64,000 nucleotides of DNA, from NCBI RefSeq assembly GCF_006345805.1, contig NC_043006.1:2480001-2544000 (forward strand). Reading direction: 5' to 3'. Below are positions 1-11,184 of the stretch, piece by piece; within the stretch, counting starts at the first letter, position 1, and every line of letters starts with the position of its first letter. The position numbers and the translations under genes were made by a program. The stretch is from Octopus sinensis. Lineage: Eukaryota. The notes under the pieces are model-generated. The model was given only the letters and a program-made list of their open reading frames with translations, ran no database searches and was not told where the DNA came from.

Positions 1-240
1 TTATTTGCAGATGATTACTGCGTACCTACAATGCACATTTTACAATAATTGACGGAAGATTCTGAGACGAGATTTAAAGAATTAAATGTACTGAAAATTC
101 CTGACTGGGTGAAAAAACACCCATTTGTAAACAAAATAGAACAAAAACAATGATCTACAGGAGACCGTCATTGGTTTACAAAATGAAGTAGTAATAAGGA
201 TTATTAAAAATCAAAGCTTGTGTGATATGTGGTTGTAATG
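1..240 (+). pseudogene. hAT (Charlie/Buster/ZBED8-like) transposase C-terminal remnant
   Basis: From 49: LTEDSETRFKELNVLKIPDWVKKHPF. After a frameshift: DLQETVIGLQNEVVIRIIKNQSLCDMWL. Resembles the RF.L..L.IPDWV.NPF / LQEEL..LQND..FW stretch of Buster-type transposases; has stops and a frameshift. Confidence 0.6.
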
Positions 241-1297
241 TAATGTGGAGGTATCGTATATTATAGAACAAAGCCAAGTTAATTTTGTGTGTGTATGTGT
301 GTGTGCTTTTCTATTCTCCCATGCAGTGGGAAAAGGTTTTAGTGCTGCCAGGGGCCCTCAGGGCAAGCTGAACTTCAGCGTCCTTACAAGTAGATTTTTT
401 AAAAATTTCCAGAAAGAGAAAAACTGAAAATTTAGACTAGAAAGCACATGGCGCTCCGGCGACTGCCCAAGTTGCCGGTACCATGAGCTGGCCCTAGTGA
501 ATCAAATTTTGACCGAGCATAGGAACTGAACGAGGGCAGCCCATTCGGTTTCTATTCAGTATGGGGATTTGCGGCTTCTTTTCCCGAATTTGGAAACCAA
601 ATATTGCAGAACTTTCTACTGGTTATCAACCACAAGGATCACATTAGTAAACGCGGTCTGCTATTTTATCTACTCTTATTTTGATATCAAATTAATAATG
701 TGTGCTATTATAATTATTAGTCCTATCATTTATTAGCATCAATACAAAATAATATACCTTTATAAGGGAAAAATAGAATTGTTTATATCCATTTTAGATT
801 CAGTTACACCCACTACCTTTGTTTCAAAAAAAAAATTCGGGGTTGGGGGTGTTATAAACATCCGAGTGTTTTAGGATGGTATTTGCGAAAGATTGTTTAA
901 AAAGAAAACGGTCTGACAACATTAAAGTACATAAAAACAGTCAGGCACGTCTGCACAAATGTAGACACATGCTCACACTCACCCATACAAACATAGGCAA
1001 GTACATACCAAAATCGGATTTCCTTTCTTTCTTCTGTCTTTCTCCTACTCACTCAATTTCTATCTCTTTATTTTTTGCCCCTACTCTCTAGCTTCTAATA
1101 AGATGCCCTTTCTCCTTACATCCACTTTAACCCGGTTGCTGATGCCTTAATTAACTGCCACAATTATTTATTATCCATTTTGATGCTAAAATTTTTATTT
1201 GCCACATTATCATTGACTGATTAACGGTATTGTCAGTTAAAAGTGAAAAGATATTTTGAAAAGCGACAGCGTGAAACTAGGAGTACATAACTGTTTA

Positions 1298-1298
1298 A

Positions 1299-1339
<41 letters not shown>

Positions 1340-1456
1340 TCTCTCTCTCTCTCTCAGGTGTACGCTCCGCATGACGGCATCTCAATATGTGACATCCTGC
1401 AACAGTCGCCTCCATTCACCTGCCGCTACCGACTTCTGACATGCTATTAAACATAC

Positions 1457-1494
<38 letters not shown>

Positions 1495-1827
1495 CACACA
1501 CATACACACTTATGTATATGCATATTAACTCACCTGAAAGGTAATTTTTTTTATCCTGTGGGATGTCAAAAATTACCTTGCTCATTAAGTAAATTTAGTG
1601 GGGCTACCAGTCCAGTCACCGACGAACCGATTATGCAATAGGTCGTATTACGTTACATGCCACCTGTAGTGCTCACAAGCGGCTCCGAAGTAAAATTGCA
1701 CTTCATGCTTGAAGCTCCGATGAAGCAATAGGGTGATTCATTGCATCCTATAGCAGAAACAACTGTAAGCTGGTGAAATTCATAATATAAGTGTTTAATA
1801 CTCTTTCTGTCTAATTTCTTACTCACA

Positions 1828-1858
<31 letters not shown>

Positions 1859-1862
1859 CACA
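1298..1862. repeat. (CT)n and (CA)n microsatellites at 1298-1355, 1458-1505 and 1824-1862
   Basis: Direct reading. Confidence 0.95.
1713..1771 (+). ncRNA. Degenerate minimal type I hammerhead ribozyme (Penelope-type)
   Basis: AGCT (helix I) - CCGATGA (core CUGAUGA with U4>C) - A - GCAATAGG...CCTATAGC (helix II) - A - GAAA - CAACTG-T-A (short near-palindromic helix III, GUA triplet) - AGCT (helix I'). Confidence 0.5.
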
Positions 1863-2081
1863 AGGGGTGCTGTAAAGTTCCTGGTTTTGTGTAAAAGGAA
1901 ATACAGGCGGATCAGTTATGATTTTATTCAACATGTTCCCCTCTCAGATTCACACACTTGTTACAGCGGTCCTTCAGTTTTTCTAAACCTTGTGAAAGAA
2001 CTTGGAAGGTTGGGATGCGAACCAGATCTTTCACGATACCTTAAAAACCAGGAACTTTCCATTACCCCCCCCCCCACCGTA
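1859..2081. mobile_element. Tc1/mariner-type MITE
   Basis: Terminal inverted repeats GGGGTGCTGTAAAGTTCCTGGTTTT ... AAAAACCAGGAACTTTCCATTACCCCC; same family at 38441-38597 and 37929. Confidence 0.75.
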
Positions 2082-4060
2082 TGGCTAAGATCAAGGTCTA
2101 ATATCTACTCTTATCAGTTTTATATATATACAATAGATTCTCTTGTGAACGATAAATGAGAGTTCAGTAAAATAAAGCATTGAGCATGCAATATGGACAG
2201 GAATGTGTCTCTGGAGGTCTGCTGGTGCCATGCAAACCATTTGTTAAAATGGAACAAGTTGAGGACTCAGTTTGCTTGAGCACTTGTAGATTATTCACTA
2301 TGTGTTTTCTTGAGTGAACGGTTAGGCCTGCTTTGCTTCGTACCATAAAGGTAAGGTTTCCATTTAGAGTAGCAGTGTTTTGCTAGCGAGCCTTCATGCT
2401 TGCACGAAGTTGGTCCGGTGTTAGAGTCAATTTTGCTCAATTTTTTTAATGGAGGAGAAGCAGGACTGACGCCAAGTCTGATGCTTTGTTTTCACAGGAA
2501 AAAAAGGGGAAGAAAAGGGAAAGTTGCATCGTTTATTTATAACTCCTTATACTCGAAGTAGATAACGCTATATATAAAAGCATTGCAAGAACAAAGCGTC
2601 TAAAATGGAGAGAGAATTTTGAACGTCTAATGATAGAACAGATGTCGAGTGAACAGGTCTAGGTTCGTGTCCCAATGTTTTCATGCTACTATTTATAGTT
2701 ATATCTATTTCGAATTCGAATTATTTCACGTTTACTCTAAGTTTCTAAATTATTATGATTAACTCAATGTGTGTGTGTATGTACACACATATGTTGACAC
2801 ACGCATAGCTCCAAGGCTATAAAAATTTACATTTGCCTAAGATATCGTGTAGCTGGGATCGAAACCTGGGTCTTGTTGACTTCTCAACCATTCAACCGTA
2901 TAGTATCTACTGTTTCCGTGCATACAAACATAATTGTAGATTCTGTAGAAAACGTCGGTTGTAATTAGATATCACAGATACCAGCAGAAGAATCTCCCGT
3001 CTTTCGGCAGACAGACAAATCTCCAAGAGGGCCGCAAACGTGGTGTTAGCAAAATGTTGCTTTACTGATAAGTTAATTTTTATTAGCATTCTCTTTCTCA
3101 GTCTCTTAGGATTCTATTCCCATCCTCAAAAGATTGAGATTCAAAAGGGTAATATGACTCAATCTTCCATCAGTCTAGATTTATCTACTAAATGCAGCTA
3201 GAAACTCCAGTCCCTAATTCGGCAGCATTTCCAAAGAACTCAAATATATAATAAACATTCTAATGGTCATAGCATCAAAGTTAGCTACTTGTGCTTAGAT
3301 AATAACGTTTTCCAATATTTCCCGATACAGCAGAAACAAAAATACCCCTACACAATCTTCACTCCACATCTCAATCTGTAACTGACGAAACCCCACCAAC
3401 AGCCCATTTGGAGTATCCTGTTTCTCAATGGCTGTGGTCTATAGAACCACATTCACCACCATCCGATATGATATATATATATATATATATATATACGTCC
3501 GTTATGTATGTTTGGATGGGTGTGTATGTGTTATTATCTAAACACAAGTCACTGACTTTGATGTGTAGGCATAAAAGTAAATGATTTCAAGGAAAGATTT
3601 CCTTGATGCCTGAAGGAATGCGAGACAGATACTTCATCAAGAGTTGGGACAAGGAGAAATCCATTTCATTTTCTTGCTTTATCTGGAGATTCCAGCAGTA
3701 CGAAAATAAATAAAGACTTGCCTCACCTCCTTCACGAAACAATCTTACAGGGTTCATGGATAGTCATCTCAAGTTCGCAGGTGCCAAATCTGTCTCACCA
3801 AGGTTACCCCCCATCCTACTGGGTTCATGCACAATTACTCGATATACACTCCCTGTCTACCTAAAGTGAAATTATTTTTCTTTCACGTAAAATCATCGTG
3901 GTCTAGTATCATCCGGTTAAAATTAAACCACGTGGCTACGTGTGACATGCAAACTGTTTTGGAACAAGACTCTACCAGACCAGTGACTTCGTCATACGAT
4001 ACATCGATAACTAGCTAAGTTATAGGAACACACACGCGCACGCACACATATTCTCTTTCT

Positions 4061-4305
4061 CGTTCAAATTCCGCCGGGGTCGACTTTGCCTTTTATCCTT
4101 TCGGGGTTGATTAAATAAGGTACCAGCTACGCACTGGGTCGATATAATCGACTAAGTCCGTTTGTCTGTCCTTGTTTGTCCTCTCTGTGTTTAGCCCCTT
4201 GTGGGTAGTAAAGAAATAGGTATTTCGTCTGCCGTTACGTTCTGAGTTCGAATTCCGCCGAGGTCGACTTTGTTTTTCATCCTTTCGAGGTCGATAAATT
4301 AAGTA
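4061..4305 (+). mobile_element. SINE family B, head-to-tail dimer (both units partial)
   Basis: B box GTTCAAATTCC, central GTCGACTTTGCCTTT(C)ATCCTTTCGGGG domain, tail ending AAAGAAATA joined at 4219 to internal GGTATTTCGTC. Confidence 0.85.
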
Positions 4306-4394
4306 TGCGTGTGTGTGTGCGTGTGCGTGCATGCGTGTGCGAAAAAGTGAATAGTAAATGAACAAACGTAAAACGGACACAGAATATATATATT

Positions 4395-4533
4395 TATTTC
4401 TTTATTGCCCACAGAGGGCTAAACATAGAGGGGACAATGTTACGCACTGGAGGCGATATAATCGACTTAATCCGTTTATCTGTCCTTGTTTGTCCCCTCT
4501 GTGTGTAGCTCCTTGTGGGCTGTAAAGAAATAA
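4395..4533. mobile_element. Two SINE B 3' tails in inverted orientation
   Basis: ATTTCTTTATTGCCCACAGAGGGCTAAACATAGAGGGGACAA (minus) abuts a plus-strand tail ending TTGTCCCCTCTGTGTGTAGCTCCTTGTGGGCTGTAAAGAAATA. Confidence 0.75.
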
Positions 4534-4669
4534 CAGCAATAATCGTCCTGAGATCTCTTATACACGTACAGTGTTAGATATTCGTCCAGTAGCAAGTACC
4601 CAATGGCATCAGCACACTTTGAGAGAATCTGTAGTCACTGATTTAGGAAAACAGTAATTGGAAATTATT

Positions 4670-4890
4670 TACATTCGACGAATATTTGTCCTCATCTCGT
4701 TTGTTAACACAACATTTCGGCTGTTATACCCTCCAGCCTTCTTCAGGTGTCTTGGGGAAATTTCGAAACTAGGTTCTCATTCTTAAGGTATTTTTCGATA
4801 TTATTATTATTATTGTTGTTGTTGTTATTGTTCAGGTCACTGCTTGGGATCGAACTCGGAATCTTGGGGTTAGTTGCAATCTGTGTGCCC
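4670..4890 (-). mobile_element. Short element 'D': tRNA-like head + (AAC/AAT)n + hammerhead-like tail
   Basis: Minus strand reads CTAACCCCAAGATTCCGAGTTCGATCCC (B box), CAGTGACCTGA, (AAC/AAT)n, then the hammerhead at 4751-4706. Homologous to 56971-57237 and 63796-63960. Confidence 0.7.
4706..4751 (-). ncRNA. Minimal type I hammerhead ribozyme
   Basis: GACAC - CTGAAGA - A - GGCTG/GAGGGTATAA/CAGCC - GAAA - TGTT - GTGTT. Core intact, 5-bp helix II, 5-bp helix I (one G:U); helix III is a CpG-decayed ACGT. Confidence 0.6.
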
Positions 4891-5019
4891 TACTCAATGT
4901 AGATACGTCGTGGGAAGCTAAATTAACTGCGGTACGGTATCCGACTTGAGATATCCCTTGTACAACCTGTATGGATACATGTGTGCGCGCGCGCGCATGT
5001 CCCCCCCCCCGCCCACACA

Positions 5020-5177
5020 GCTCGTCAACCGGTGTTGGTCTGCTTACGTGCCTGTAGCTTAACGGTTTGGCAAAGGGATCAGTAAAATTGGTAGCAGACT
5101 TAAAAGTATATGTAGTGTTCGGTTTCTTCGATTAAACACTTCAAGGCAGATCCGCAGCATGGCCATGGTCCAATGAC
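5020..5177 (+). mobile_element. SINE family A, degenerate 3' part
   Basis: CAACCGGTGTTGGT..CTTAACGGTTTGGCAAA..GCAGCATGGCC matches the 3' half of family A. Confidence 0.6.
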
Positions 5178-5278
5178 ACGCACACATATGTGGCGAGAAT
5201 ATTTGGTGGTTCGAAAGAGCAACTCACTGCCTGGAAAACGAACCCGAATCAGATGCATGGAATTACTAAACAGCACAA

Positions 5279-5458
5279 ACAGGATTCTGGCCCAAACAGA
5301 TTACGTCAGTGAAACAACAAACCACTCGAATCTTTGACAGAAATCCCTCTTCCACCGTAAAGACGACTCAATAACACATACAGGATTCTGTCAAACATTG
5401 GATGACGTCAGCAAACAACTGGCCACTGAAATTTCTTGCAGGAACAGGAATTTCCTCT
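5279..5458. promoter_or_regulatory. Duplicated ~100-bp module, each unit carrying a CRE/ATF site
   Basis: ACAGGATTCTG..CAAACA..TTACGTCAG (5279-5309) and ACAGGATTCTG.CAAACA..TGACGTCAG (5380-5411); reverse CCAAT (ATTGG) at 5397-5401. Confidence 0.4.
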
Positions 5459-5477
5459 GCAATTTTTGTCTTTACCG

Positions 5478-5527
<50 letters not shown>

Positions 5528-5821
5528 CTTTTCTTGACAGCCCATTATGTCTACATTACACACGGAGATCGTTTGTCTGCTAACCACTTGGAGTGGCCAT
5601 GCTACAGCCTGAGCCAGCATGATGCCAAAATCTGCGTTACCCACGGTCACCGTCGTTGCTGAAGACACAGACTACTCAACTGTTTTGCTCGGCACGAATA
5701 TAAAATGTTCTTTGGTTCTGCCCAACACCATCTTTGTTAACAATAATAGATATTTAGTGCTACATTAGCTGAGCAGTCGACTGCAGGACCCGTAGTCTAC
5801 GGTGTAAAATGAACTGGTTTC

Positions 5822-5918
5822 GGTTAGAATTAGAATTTAGGGCTTCGGGTTAGGGTTGGTGCTTAGGGTTAGGTTTTGGGGGTCAGGGTTAAGTTTTAGG
5901 ATTAGGGTTGGAGTTAGA
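5822..5918 (+). repeat. Degenerate (TTAGGG)n telomere-like tract
   Basis: TTAGGG at several positions, interspersed with TTAGAA, TCAGGG and TTAGGA variants. Confidence 0.65.
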
Positions 5919-6099
5919 CTGTACGTGAAAGTGGCACCAAATATTTTGTATTCAGAACTTCACACAAACTTTTGCTTTTCCATCTCCTAACCAAACCAAA
6001 GTTGCTTCACTGTTGCCAACACGCGCGCGCGCGCATATACATCTGTATGTATGAATGAATGCATGGATGTATATTTATATCTATCTACCTAGCTTTCTT

Positions 6100-6980
<881 letters not shown>

Positions 6981-6989
6981 GAAGGGGAG

Positions 6990-7125
6990 CAGGGCCATGC
7001 GTTCATAGGGGTCACGTCTGGCTTAGCCGTGCATGATTTCGTATGTGTGGAGGTTGACGTGACGTCATCAGGAGGTGCGCAGTCAGCGGTGCGCAGAAAG
7101 AACGCTATACAATATGGCCGTGTTG
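6990..7125. promoter_or_regulatory. CpG-rich promoter-like motif cluster
   Basis: TGACGTGACGTCA (CRE at 7060-7067), two TGCGCA palindromes (7076, 7090), YY1-like AATATGGCCG (7111-7120). Confidence 0.4.
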
Positions 7126-7135
7126 CTAACCTCCT

Positions 7136-7270
7136 CCTCCTCCTTCTTCTTTTTCTTCTTTTTCTTCTTCTTCTTCTTCTTCTTCTTTTTCTTCTTCTTC
7201 TTCTTCTTCTTCTTCTTCTTCTTCTTCTTCTTCTTCTTCTTCTTCTTCTTCTTCTTCTTCTTCTTCTTCG
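7136..7270. repeat. (TTC)n/(GAA)n triplet repeat, about 45 units
   Basis: Direct reading; source of the poly-K, poly-F and poly-L ORFs. Confidence 0.95.
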
Positions 7271-7779
7271 TCCTTATCTTCCTCCTACTTTTATCGTCTG
7301 GGTTCACTCATTGAGGAGTAGTGGAAGTAGTAAGTAGCGTGTGATGTGTAGTGGTGCGTTCATTATGTGTGTGTGTGTATCAGTGTTATATGTGAATGTG
7401 TGGTAGTGTTTGAGTGAATGTTCGTATATGTGTATATGAGTCCATTACGCGTATGTTATGTGTATGTATATGTATTAGTGTTTGAGCATTATATGCTGGA
7501 GTGTGTGCATGTGTGTGGATGTGTGCGTTACAGAGCACAAATACATAGGTATGTGTGTGTAAGTAGATTTGTGTCTGTGTGTTTAAGCCTAAATAAGTAA
7601 CTCTACTCGGAGCGTATATATATAATATATATATATATATATATGTGTGTGTGTTGTGTGTAAGCTTATTTGTATGGCTGCGTACGTGATGGCGGCGGGG
7701 TACGTGAAGGAGCTGTGCAAGTCATACCCTCCTCCCCCCTCCACACAAAACAAGTGCTGCGTTTGTTACATAGAGACAC

Positions 7780-8230
7780 TTATACACACACACACACACC
7801 ACAACCACATACACAACACACAGCAAATAACGAACGCGCGCCCACAGACATATACAGACACAAACACACTCACGCATATATACAAATACGCATACAAACA
7901 TACAGACACACGACTTCGTAGACACAAATATAAACAACTACAGCAACAGTCACAGACATACACACATACATACAGACACGTAAACATGAACCCATAGACA
8001 CACTCACAGTACAAGCATAACCACATACACACACACACAGACACACACACAGACACAGACACACACACAGACACGTACACACAGACACACACACACAGAC
8101 ACACACAGACACACACACACAGACACGTACACACAGACACACACACACAGACACACACAGACACACACACACAGACACACAGACACGCACACACACAGAC
8201 ACACACACACAGACACACACACACACGCAC
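7780..8230. repeat. Compound (CA)n/(CACAGA)n microsatellite
   Basis: Direct reading; source of the poly-CV ORFs. Confidence 0.95.
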
Positions 8231-8236
8231 ACTTAC

Positions 8237-8269
8237 ACAAACAAGTACCAGTATCAGCAGCAGCAGCAT
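8237..8269 (-). CDS. Candidate first coding exon encoding a signal-peptide-like start (MLLLLILVLVC)
   Basis: ATG at 8269, 11 hydrophobic codons, then perfect donor GTAAGT at 8236-8231; upstream non-repetitive CpG-rich sequence with (GGC)n. No downstream exons identified. Confidence 0.3.
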
Positions 8270-8649
8270 CGGGCGTTAAGAAGCGTTAGTGTGTTTGGAA
8301 TTGACTTCAGTCAGCGGAGAAATCGGTCAAGCGTGAAAAAAGGAAAAAACAACAAAAAAGAAGAGGAAAAAAGGAAAAGAGGCGGCGGCGGCGGCGAGTG
8401 GAAGAAAAAAAAAAGGGGTAAAAAGAAAAATTATTGTTGTTTATACTTTTGTTGATAAGGGTGGAGGAGGAGGGTGCGCGGGTGGGGGGGATGTCGATGA
8501 ATGGTCACGGTTGGATGGCTTTCGTTGTACAACACCAGCCTAGCGTGGGACCAAATAGACATTTACTGTCCAAGGAAGAAGAAACACCCGAAGCAGTTCA
8601 GGTTTTGCTAACATAACACCACAATACATTACATACAACACACTACGTG

Positions 8650-10270
8650 TGCGAGTGTATATATTATATATACATGTGTGTATATATGTGTATATATATA
8701 TGTGTATATATATACATGTGTGTATATATGTATATATATATGTGTGTGTGTGTACATAGTGGTTTTACTTATCTTATAATAAACTTTTTAATACTTTTTG
8801 ATTAGTTATATATAATTATTTAAAAAAATGATAATAAATATAAATTAATTATTTTAAATTTAAATAATTTAAATTTTATATATTTTATAAATTATATTAA
8901 TTATTTTTATTTTTATGTTTTGGTTTATGTTTGATTTGCCTAATAGTGATTTTATCTCTAATTTAATTTATATGTATATATATATGTATATGTATCTATA
9001 TAAGTATATGTATTATAATATTATATGTCTATATGTATATATATGTATATTATAAGTATATGTATATATATATGTATCGTGTATATTATATATATGTATT
9101 TGTATATAATGTTTATGTATATATATATGTATATGTATATATATTATATATGTATATATATAAGTATATGTATATATATATGTATATGTATATATGTATA
9201 TATATGTATTTGTATATATATGTATATGTATATATATATGTATATGTATATATATATATATGTATATATATATGTATATATATGTTTATATGTATGTATA
9301 TATATATGTATATATATATTTCTTTATTACCCACAAGGGGCTAAACATAGAGGGGACAAACAAGGACAGACAAACGGATTAAGTCTATTACATCGACCTC
9401 AGTGTGTAACTGGTACTTAATTTATCGACCCCGAAAGGATGAAAGGCAAAGTCGACCTCGGCGGAATTTGAACTCGGAACGTAGCGGCAGACGAAATGCT
9501 GCTACGCATTTCGCCCGGCGTGCTAACCACTCTGCCAGATCGCCGCCTTTGTATGTATATAATATACACATACATATATATAAATACATACACATGCACA
9601 CACACAAAACTTGCATATATGTGAATAGATACACCCACGTAATTACACGTGTGTAAGTTATAATATATATATATATATTTCTGTGTGTATATATATATAT
9701 ATCTGTGTGTGTGTGTATCTATATATATATATATATATATATTATATAATATATAAATCTGTGTATATATATATATACTATATATATATATATATAATTA
9801 TATTATATATATATATATATATATAATATATTTTGTGTATATATATATATCTGTGATATATATATACACACAACACACACAAAAATATATATATGTATCC
9901 ATGTATATGTGAGTGTATTTGGTGGACGGTAACTGAAGGAAGTCCGTTGTATATATATACATATCTTAGATGTGTGTATGTGTGTCCCAGCACAGCTTGG
10001 CAACCGGTGTTGATGTGTTTACGTACAGGTAACTTAGCGGTTCAGCAAAAGAGGCGATATAAGTACCTGGTGTAAAAAAAAAAAAGGTAGTGGGGGTCAA
10101 TTCGTTCAACTAACGGTGTAGTAGCAAGGGAGCATGGACACAGTCTTCGTGAGGGAAACAAGTAAAGGATTATATATTAAAATTATAAGTTAAGGTATCT
10201 AAAAGGTACCACCATGCTGGAAATAGCAGCCATGACCTTCCTTTGGTGGTACCTCGTAGATACACTAATT

Positions 10271-10312
<42 letters not shown>

Positions 10313-10366
10313 TATATATATATATCTGTGGGTGTATGTGCGTGCGTGTGTGTATTTGTGTGTATG

Positions 10367-10407
<41 letters not shown>

Positions 10408-10517
10408 GTATATATATAACACTATATACATATGCCCATGTATATAAATGGTATTTTATTGGATATTTATATACACAATCTGTAACTGTGTACACACACA
10501 CACACACACACACACAC

Positions 10518-10569
<52 letters not shown>

Positions 10570-10779
10570 CATACGCATTAAATTGCTTGCATATGTATAC
10601 AAACACGTCTTTATAAACATACATTCATACATATGATTATAAGTTTAAAAACTGAACATTCTGATGAGGTCAAATACCGGCAAAACTTGACTAACTGTCA
10701 ACTATCTATAAAAGTATGTGTGTGTGTGTCATGTATTTTTATATATATATAATGCTTATGCATACATACATATAAATAC

Positions 10780-10847
<68 letters not shown>

Positions 10848-10992
10848 ATCCCTCTCTCTCTCTATCTATCTATCTCTCTCTCTCTCTCTCGCTCTCTATC
10901 TATCTATCTATCTATCTAATCTGTCTCTCTCTTTATATATATATAATATAATATATATTATATAATATATGATATATATATAATACACACAC

Positions 10993-11066
<74 letters not shown>

Positions 11067-11070
11067 CAAA
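8650..11070. repeat. Large low-complexity block: (TA)n, (TATG)n, (CA)n, (TCTA)n
   Basis: Direct reading; interrupted by SINE B at 9319-9549 and a SINE A fragment near 9985-10110. Confidence 0.9.
9319..9549 (-). mobile_element. SINE family B, full-length monomer
   Basis: Minus strand: GGCGGCGATCTGGCAGAGTGGTTAGCACGCCGGGCG (A box), GAGTTCAAATTCC (B box), central domain, tail to AAAGAAATA. Confidence 0.9.
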
Positions 11071-11184
11071 AAGCAATAAAGATTCAAGTTAATTTAAATG
11101 AATTTACTTGAATATGGTACCTAACTTAGATGCACCAAAAAAAACTATACTGTTTTAACAATACAGTAATGTGGAGTGATTATA

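Noticed and set aside
519-555. Small hairpin ATAGGAACTGAA..GGGCAGCCC..TTCGGTTTCTAT
   Set aside because: Imperfect and isolated, with no CTAG end or second copy; cannot assign a function.
2164-2356. Minus ORF ending CPYC and plus-strand donor AAG|GTAAGG at 2351
   Set aside because: No homology recognised, no matching acceptor, and plus-strand frames contain stops.
5525-5662. Strong-looking plus-strand acceptor after (CT)n (TTCTTGACAG) and the open frames around it
   Set aside because: No recognisable protein in either strand and no good donor; (CT)n tracts generate false acceptors.
8502-8612. Peptide MVTVGWLSLYNTSLAWDQIDIYCPRKK, reminiscent of the ephrin D..DI.CP motif
   Set aside because: An in-frame TGA lies immediately upstream with no acceptor AG, the frame stops soon after, and the other ephrin motifs are absent.
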